A stretch of DNA of 32,617 bases, taken from the NCBI GenBank assembly GCA_018263405.1, contig JAANXG010000004.1:1-32617 (forward strand). Reading direction: 5' to 3'. The stretch is from Gammaproteobacteria bacterium. GTDB lineage: Bacteria; Pseudomonadota; Gammaproteobacteria; Arenicellales; JAANXG01. Below the pieces are notes generated by a model, which saw only the letters and a list, made by a program, of their open reading frames with translations, did no database searches and was not told the DNA's origin. Every line of letters begins with the position of its first letter. Within the stretch, counting starts at the first letter, position 1. The position numbers and the translations under genes are program-made. Below are positions 26,762 to 32,617 of the stretch, piece after piece.

Positions 26762-27988
26762 ATGCCACAGTACGAGCGCAAAAAACAGCATCCGGCCGAT
26801 TTTTCCGGCGAAACCGAATCGACTCAAGCGGACAACAGGCCGATATTTGAATTAGTGGACACGATGGGCCAACAAGCCCAAATCAAGGTGATCGGCGTCG
26901 GTGGCGGTGGTGGTAACGCCGTGGACCACATGCTCGAGGCGCAAATCGAAGGCGTCGAGTTCATCGGTAGTAATACCGACGTGCAGACGTTGAACCGCTC
27001 CAAAGCCAACGTACTGCTTCAAATTGGCAATAATCTCACGAAAGGTCTGGGCGCCGGTTCCAGTCCCGATGTCGGCCGTCAGGCCGCCATGGAAGACCGC
27101 GACCGGATCGGCGAAGCCCTGGCGGGCGCCGACATGGTGTTCATCACGGCTGGTATGGGTGGCGGCACGGGCACGGGTGCCGCTCCGGTCGTGGCTCAAG
27201 TGGCGCGTGAGCAGGGTGCATTGGCGGTGGCCGTGGTAACCAGGCCGTTTCCTTTCGAGGGAAACAAGCGTATGCGTGTTGCCGACAATGGAATTCGGGA
27301 GCTATCCGAACATGTGGATTCGTTGATCACCATTCCCAACGAGCGTGTATTGGAGGTCATGGGGAAACAGGCTACCCTGTTGGATGCATTTGCCAGGGCC
27401 AATGAAGTTTTGCTCAATGCCGTCCAGGGAATTTCCGAGTTAATCACCCGGCCCGGCCTGATTAATGTGGATTTTGCGGACGTGAGGACAGTCATGTCCG
27501 AGATGGGTATAGCGATGATGGGGTCGGCCACCGCGAGCGGGGTTGACCGGGCGGTTGAAGCGGCGCGCAATGCAGTGTTCAGTCCCTTGCTGGAGGATAC
27601 CAATATCGCCGGCGCCAAGGGATTGCTGGTCAATGTAACGGCCGGCATGGATATGGCCATCGGCGAATTCGAAGAGGTCGGAAACGTCGTCCGGGAGTTT
27701 ACGTCCGACGATGCGACGCTGGTGATTGGCACCGTACTCGATCCGGAAATGAAGGACGACCTCCGTGTCACCATGGTCGCCACGGGCATCGTCGGCGAGA
27801 CCGAAAAACGCCAGGAACAACCGCGGAGAGTCGTACAATCCATGCCCAAAGCGGTTAACTACGAGGAGTTCGACGCACCGACGGTAATCCGTCACCGGCG
27901 AGAATCGGAAGACATGCCCTCGCCCTCCGACGATAAGGGTTTGGAATACCTCGACATTCCGGCTTTTCTGCGCAAGCAGGCGGATTAA
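26762..27988 (+). CDS. ftsZ: Cell division protein FtsZ
   Basis: IKVIGVGGGGGNAV, GMGGGTGTG, INVDFAD, C-terminal LDIPAFLRKQAD. GAGGTG RBS before ATG26762. Confidence 0.97.
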   Translation: MPQYERKKQHPADFSGETESTQADNRPIFELVDTMGQQAQIKVIGVGGGGGNAVDHMLEAQIEGVEFIGSNTDVQTLNRSKANVLLQIGNNLTKGLGAGSSPDVGRQAAMEDRDRIGEALAGADMVFITAGMGGGTGTGAAPVVAQVAREQGALAVAVVTRPFPFEGNKRMRVADNGIRELSEHVDSLITIPNERVLEVMGKQATLLDAFARANEVLLNAVQGISELITRPGLINVDFADVRTVMSEMGIAMMGSATASGVDRAVEAARNAVFSPLLEDTNIAGAKGLLVNVTAGMDMAIGEFEEVGNVVREFTSDDATLVIGTVLDPEMKDDLRVTMVATGIVGETEKRQEQPRRVVQSMPKAVNYEEFDAPTVIRHRRESEDMPSPSDDKGLEYLDIPAFLRKQAD

Positions 27989-28235
27989 GGTGGCGGCTTT
28001 ACGTGGGGCAGGGGTTTTTGTGGCGCGCCGTATCCGGTGAGGGCTCGGGATGGACTACTGGACGGCCCCGGACGGCGGATATCCGGCGATAACGGGACAC
28101 CTACACAAGCGGTGTGGAATCGTGTAGCATTCCCTGCACTTGGGGCGGCAGTTCGGGCTAACCACATAATCCGGCGCCCGGCTTGATGGCCGTGTGCGCT
28201 GGCAACCGACAAAAGAAAGGCCATTATAAGGCTTC

Positions 28236-29150
28236 ATGATTCGACAAAGAACGCTAAAAAACGTAATTAGGGCCACTGGGGTAGGGCTCCACACTGGAGA
28301 AAAGGTCTATTTAACGTTGCGGCCGGCGGCGCCGAGTACCGGTATCGTATTCCGCAGAGTGGACCTGGATCCCCCCGTTGACGTTCCCGCGTGTTGCGAG
28401 AACGTGGGCGATACACGCTTATCCACGACCTTGCACAAAGGAGATGTCTGGATCTCGACCGTTGAACACTTGATGTCGGCGTTCGCGGGTCTAGGTATCG
28501 ACAACGCCTATGTGGATTTAACGGCGCCGGAAGTGCCGATTATGGATGGCAGTGCGGGACCATTCGTTTTTTTGATCCAATCCGCCGGCATTGAGGAACA
28601 GTTGTGGCCCAAGCGCTTTATCCGGATCAAGAAACCGCTCGTTTTGGAGGAAGGCGATAAATGGGCGCGGTTCGATCCCTTGAATGGGTTCAAGGTGTCG
28701 TTCGGTATCGAATTTAATCACCCGATTTTTAGTCAATCGCTGCAACGATCAACAATCGATTTCTCGACAACATCGTTTGTCAAGGAAGTGAGCCGTGCCC
28801 GGACATTCGGTTTTATGCACGACGTTGAGGCATTGAGAAAATCGGGGCTTGCCAGAGGAGGAAGCCTCGATAACGCCATTGTCATGGACTCGTACCATAT
28901 TCTGAACGAGGATGGACTCCGCTACGAGGATGAATTCGTCAAGCACAAGATCCTCGATGCGATTGGAGATCTGTACCTGCTGGGACATCCGCTGATCGGC
29001 GCGTTCAGTGCTCATAAATCGGGACATGCCCTGAATAACGAAATCTTGCGAATGCTGCTCAAAGCGGAAGAAATCTGGGAGCTGGTGTCCTTTGACGACG
29101 CCGACGATGCGCCACTGGCGTTTGTGCATCCATTGACGGCATCGGCTTAG
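28236..29150 (+). CDS. lpxC: UDP-3-O-acyl-GlcNAc deacetylase
   Basis: [41 protein letters not shown]. Confidence 0.98.
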   Translation: MIRQRTLKNVIRATGVGLHTGEKVYLTLRPAAPSTGIVFRRVDLDPPVDVPACCENVGDTRLSTTLHKGDVWISTVEHLMSAFAGLGIDNAYVDLTAPEVPIMDGSAGPFVFLIQSAGIEEQLWPKRFIRIKKPLVLEEGDKWARFDPLNGFKVSFGIEFNHPIFSQSLQRSTIDFSTTSFVKEVSRARTFGFMHDVEALRKSGLARGGSLDNAIVMDSYHILNEDGLRYEDEFVKHKILDAIGDLYLLGHPLIGAFSAHKSGHALNNEILRMLLKAEEIWELVSFDDADDAPLAFVHPLTASA

Positions 29151-29229
29151 GGCTCGCGCAAAAATAACTTCACAGAATTCGCGCCCGAAGACGGGATGTG
29201 AAAATGGGAAGTTATTTTTGCGCGAGCCC
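29150..29229. mobile_element. 80-bp MITE (family A, internally deleted form), TTA target duplication
   Basis: 22-bp TIR gggctcgcgcaaaaataacttc / gaagttatttttgcgcgagccc; TTA at 29147-29149 and 29230-29232. Confidence 0.92.
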
Positions 29230-29261
29230 TTAGAAAACGCAATAAGCCGAACGGCACGTAG

Positions 29262-29675
29262 TTACTCCAGCGCCTTTCTCAGTTGTGCAAAGAGTTGTTT
29301 GATTCTGGGGCTGACTTCTTCGCGCTCCGTCGCCGGAGAGTCGGTTTGGGAGTGGGGAGGAGGTGAAGTGCGAATACGCAGGTCTCGAACTTCAGACAAT
29401 CCCGAGTTCCGTAATGCGGCAATGGTGGAACGTTCGGTGTTACGGAGTAGGTTGGCCCAAACCGGTGACTCGGCATGAACGGTCAGTGTTCCGTCTTGCA
29501 GGGACACGGCATAAGTATGTCGGCACAACGGCTGGGCCACGGAGCGGTTCCACGCAGTGTTCAAGGGAAAGAGCGCTTGATAACGGTCGACGACCTCGCC
29601 GAGGACTGGATGCCGCGACTGTCGCAGGGTTTGCCCGACGGAAACGAATGTTTTTAATCGATCGGCGCGATGCAT
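29262..29675 (-). CDS. DUF721/DciA family protein (replicative helicase loader-like)
   Basis: W---V---L--HT----L-DG-L-V-A-SPVWA--LR pattern; conserved position antisense between lpxC and the M23 peptidase. ATG29675. Confidence 0.8.
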   Translation of the reverse strand: MHRADRLKTFVSVGQTLRQSRHPVLGEVVDRYQALFPLNTAWNRSVAQPLCRHTYAVSLQDGTLTVHAESPVWANLLRNTERSTIAALRNSGLSEVRDLRIRTSPPPHSQTDSPATEREEVSPRIKQLFAQLRKALE

Positions 29676-29708
29676 GATGCCGGCATTGGAATACGAGTGA
29701 GGTAGGCA

Positions 29709-30677
29709 ATGCAAGTCATACTCCTTCCCAAAGGTTCGGGTCCCAGCCGAGTATATCGGTTTCGGATTGTTCTCGTCTGCTCCATCGTGGCCGGCGTATT
29801 GCTCGCTATCGGTGTTGGCGGCGGTTATTTCGGGTATCGCATCGGTAGCGATCTGGCCCATCTGGAACAGCGCGTGCCCGAGATCCAAGTCGAGAGTTTC
29901 GCCGCGGTTGGCGTGGAAAAACTGTTTGATCTGAAAGCGAGCGTGGATGAACAGCGCCGCATGTTGCAGGAGTCCCGCCGGCGCGTGGGCGATCGCTTTG
30001 ACAGCCTGGGTCGGCGCCTCGGAAGGCTCCAGGCCCATGTCTCGCGCATCGATGCCCTCGGCCTTCGATTGACCGATATGGCGGGACTCGACCCCGATGA
30101 ATTCGGCTTCGATAAGACGCCGGCTTTGGGCGGACCGGGGCGCCCCGCACCCTGGAAGTCGTTTCGAGAACCGGAATTAACGCAATCCCTGGAAATTATG
30201 GAGATCGCGCTTGAGGCAAAGGAGGGTGAATTACGGATTCTCGAGGCCATGATGATGAACCGGGAACTACAGAAAAAGCAATATCCCCGGGGTTGGCCGA
30301 TCCTTGATGGCGGTTGGATAAGCTCCGGCTACGGGGGTCGAACGGACCCGTTCACCGGTGGAAAAGAATTTCATGAAGGTGTAGATATCGCCGCGCGGAG
30401 CGGGTCCGAGCTGCGCGCCATGGCGGCGGGCGTGGTCGGTTTTGCCGGGGAAAAACCGGGTTATGGTCTAGTTATCGAAATCAATCATGGCAACGGCTAC
30501 GAGACGCGCTATGCGCATGCAAAGAAGTTGATCGCAAGCAGGGGCGAGCGCGTTAAGAAAGGCGATATTGTCGCGCTGGTGGGCAGTACGGGACGTTCGA
30601 CGGGCAGCCATGTGCATATCGAGGTTCTGAAAAACGGCAAGGCGGTTAACCCCGGTGGGCATCTGCATCCCTCCTAA
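29709..30677 (+). CDS. M23 family metallopeptidase (membrane anchor + coiled coil)
   Basis: WISSGYGGRTDPF, HxxxD (HEGVD), TRYAH, GSTGRSTG-HVH-EV. Confidence 0.93.
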   Translation: MQVILLPKGSGPSRVYRFRIVLVCSIVAGVLLAIGVGGGYFGYRIGSDLAHLEQRVPEIQVESFAAVGVEKLFDLKASVDEQRRMLQESRRRVGDRFDSLGRRLGRLQAHVSRIDALGLRLTDMAGLDPDEFGFDKTPALGGPGRPAPWKSFREPELTQSLEIMEIALEAKEGELRILEAMMMNRELQKKQYPRGWPILDGGWISSGYGGRTDPFTGGKEFHEGVDIAARSGSELRAMAAGVVGFAGEKPGYGLVIEINHGNGYETRYAHAKKLIASRGERVKKGDIVALVGSTGRSTGSHVHIEVLKNGKAVNPGGHLHPS

Positions 30678-31019
30678 GGGCTCGCGCAAAAATAACTTCC
30701 CATTTTCACATCCCGTCTTCGGGCCATCTTTGAACGATCCTCAATCGAAAAATCCTCATAGTAGCCCTGCTAGGAGCCTGTCGGACTTAGGATGAATCTA
30801 CTGCGGCGGCGGGAGATCGGCCCACTTTCCCGATTTATTTCGTTAAATAGCTGGCTATTCGCCTCAATAAATCGAAAAATTGGTCTCGATTTCCCACCTA
30901 CCTCGCTACGATCCCCTAAGTCCGACAGGCTCCTAGTACTGCGGTTTTGCTCCATCGGATCGTCCAAATCTAACCCAAATTCGGGCGCGAATTCTGTGAA
31001 GTTATTTTTGCGCGAGCCC
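30678..31019. mobile_element. MITE family A, long form (179 bp plus nested insertion)
   Basis: Same 22-bp TIRs as 29150-29229, in opposite orientation; internal stem tttgaacgatcc/ggatcgtccaaa; flanks TAA (left) and TTA (right). Confidence 0.92.
30774..30932. mobile_element. 159-bp MITE (family D) nested in the family A element
   Basis: 18-bp TIR gagcctgtcggacttagg / cctaagtccgacaggctc, CTAG on both sides (30770-30773, 30933-30936); long internal hairpin. Confidence 0.92.
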
Positions 31020-31091
31020 TTACGGTAAATGCCGGAAAACAAGCATCGATTACATCGCCGACTATGTAATTACCCAGAGTCTGTATGAGTA

Positions 31092-32617
31092 TTACAGCTC
31101 GGACGCCAATTCCGCCGCCCGGTCCCGCTGTGCCGGATCCCCTTCGCGCATCACCTCGTCAATGATGCTGCGTGCGCCAACCTTGTCGCCCATATCGAGA
31201 TAGGCACGGGCAAGATCCAGCTTGGTTTCCACCTCGTCATAGGGCGGCGCATCGGTAGGCTCTATGTCATCCGAAGGCGAAGAGGAGAGGGCATCCTCGT
31301 CACTCGTGTGCGGTACATCAGTGGACGGGCCTGCCCAAGTTTCTTCCGGGGGAATATTGTCGGATTCAAACTCAAGCAACCCTTCTCCGGGTTCCCGGGT
31401 CCGCTCCCGGTCCTCGCCTACCAAGTCCGACTCGAGCGCAGAATCGTCACCCGATTCGGGGAGTTGCTGGACACTGCTTTCGTCAAAAGTCAGGTCGAAT
31501 TCGATTTCCGAGTCGTCGCCCGTTGGAAAATCAAGGGTGGCGGATTCCAAATCCTCTTTCTCCCAAGCCGCTTCCCGAGACGGCCCCCCTTCGACGTCGG
31601 TCGACTCCGTTCCAGCCCGCCGGCCCGTTCCCTGCTCTATGTCCGGCTCCAAGTCGACCTGCTCATCCGGCGTCGGATACGACCGTGTGGCGGGATCGGG
31701 TTTTCGAGGCGTTTGCTCCGGTAAGCTTTCTTCTAAATTCAATACGCTATCGCCGCCGCTCCCGGAAGTCGGCGTTTCTGTTTCACTGTCCAGATCGAGA
31801 CCCTGCATTTCGCTGCCCTTCAAACCGGACTCCGTCGCGGTTTGCGTCGGCTCGGAGCCGGGTTCATCCATATCGAAATCCAGTGTCGCCCCGCTTCCGG
31901 CCGATTCCGAACCCGAATCGGTGGCTGCGCCCGTCGGCGACCCGGGTACATCCGCCGTCTCCGCCGACTCTTGCTCCTGGAACAGGGGATTATCCGGATT
32001 CAGCTCACGACCCATTGCGTTGACTTGGCGCCAGACCTCGGGGTCCTCCCGGTCGCCGGCGGGATACAGTTCCTCGGCAATGGTCTCGAAGGATTTAACG
32101 TCGTTGCGCTGTTTGTAGATTTCGAGAAGCTTCAGTTTGATTTCCGAACGCTCGGGGTTCCGGCGTGCAGCTTCCTTCAGCACTTCTTCTGCCTGTTCAT
32201 CCCGACCATAGGCAAGGTATACCTCGGCCTCCGCCAGCGGATCCACTTCGTCCGTCTGCATCGTACCCATGCCGGTCGTTCCGAAGTCACTTAAAAACGA
32301 GGTTTCCGATGCGGACGTTTCGGCGGAATCGGCAGTTTCGGTAGCGCTGTCCGACGCCGTGCCGGATAAGACACTTTTTTCGAACTCCGCCATGGATTGG
32401 CGGCGTCGAACTATCATCAATAATCCCAGGAGCAAAACGATGACACCGACGCCGGCACTCATCATCCACGTACGGTTCGATAAAAACATGCCGGAAATCC
32501 AGCCAGACCAGGACGTCCACGGTGCTCTATTAACCACTTTACGCACTTTTGAATCTTGGGTGGCACTTGCCGTGGTGTCCGCGGCGACCACCGGGCCGTC
32601 AGCGCCATCGCCCCGCG
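31092..32617 (-). CDS. fimV: FimV/HubP polar landmark protein, 3' part (5' end outside the window)
   Basis: TM helix + RRR, EVDPLAEAEVYLAYGRDEQAEEVL, acidic linker, C-terminal ETKLDLARAYLDMGD--GAR-I--EV--EG. Frame open to the window edge. Confidence 0.93.
   Translation of the reverse strand, partial: RGDGADGPVVAADTTASATQDSKVRKVVNRAPWTSWSGWISGMFLSNRTWMMSAGVGVIVLLLGLLMIVRRRQSMAEFEKSVLSGTASDSATETADSAETSASETSFLSDFGTTGMGTMQTDEVDPLAEAEVYLAYGRDEQAEEVLKEAARRNPERSEIKLKLLEIYKQRNDVKSFETIAEELYPAGDREDPEVWRQVNAMGRELNPDNPLFQEQESAETADVPGSPTGAATDSGSESAGSGATLDFDMDEPGSEPTQTATESGLKGSEMQGLDLDSETETPTSGSGGDSVLNLEESLPEQTPRKPDPATRSYPTPDEQVDLEPDIEQGTGRRAGTESTDVEGGPSREAAWEKEDLESATLDFPTGDDSEIEFDLTFDESSVQQLPESGDDSALESDLVGEDRERTREPGEGLLEFESDNIPPEETWAGPSTDVPHTSDEDALSSSPSDDIEPTDAPPYDEVETKLDLARAYLDMGDKVGARSIIDEVMREGDPAQRDRAAELASEL

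Noticed and set aside
27989-28235. ftsZ-lpxC 247-bp spacer as an sRNA or element
   Set aside because: No terminal repeats, second copy or recognisable RNA motif; probably a promoter/leader region.
11091-29129. Long antisense or alternate-frame ORFs over the dcw genes (e.g. 15508..16851, 25784..26827, 17130..18083)
   Set aside because: Expected shadow ORFs of GC-rich coding sequence, with no protein motifs.
17849-30038. Long N-terminal extensions of murD, ftsW, murG, murB, ftsQ and the DUF721 gene in the ORF track
   Set aside because: They overlap neighbouring genes; later starts, mostly coupled to the upstream stop, fit family lengths.
29230-30677. Past inversion of dciA-M23 between the two inverted family A copies
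   Set aside because: Gene order is the usual one, and an inversion would not produce the observed flank pattern.
30770-31042. ORFs of 78 and 90 aa across the nested MITEs as transposase remnants
   Set aside because: No recognisable DDE/HUH motifs; they cross element boundaries.

Overview
GC-rich gammaproteobacterial chromosomal window, probably from a short-read assembly or MAG. The core is the conserved rsmI-rnpB-mraZ-dcw (division/cell wall) cluster through ftsZ-lpxC-dciA-M23 peptidase, preceded by the divergent lpoA-yraN-gmhA operon and ending in the 3' part of fimV. The left 5.3 kb holds a PilT/PilU-type ATPase, a HAD phosphatase/rppH pair, two small genes and a transpeptidase-only PBP. 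The unusual layer is non-coding: at least five families of short palindromic non-autonomous elements (MITE/REP-like), with no transposase in the window. One 77-bp element sits in helix P12 of the RNase P RNA, making a 38-bp perfect helix, and an inverted twin supplies the rsmI stop codon. Another family has a nested insertion and marks a synteny break (M23|fimV). A third has direct-repeat ends bracketing the PBP gene. Also found: an unlisted, internally deleted dolP/yraP remnant, an N-terminally extended FtsZ, and an in-frame stop in ftsI that coincides with Illumina adapter sequence (assembly artifact). All protein calls come from motif recognition and gene order; no database search was run.
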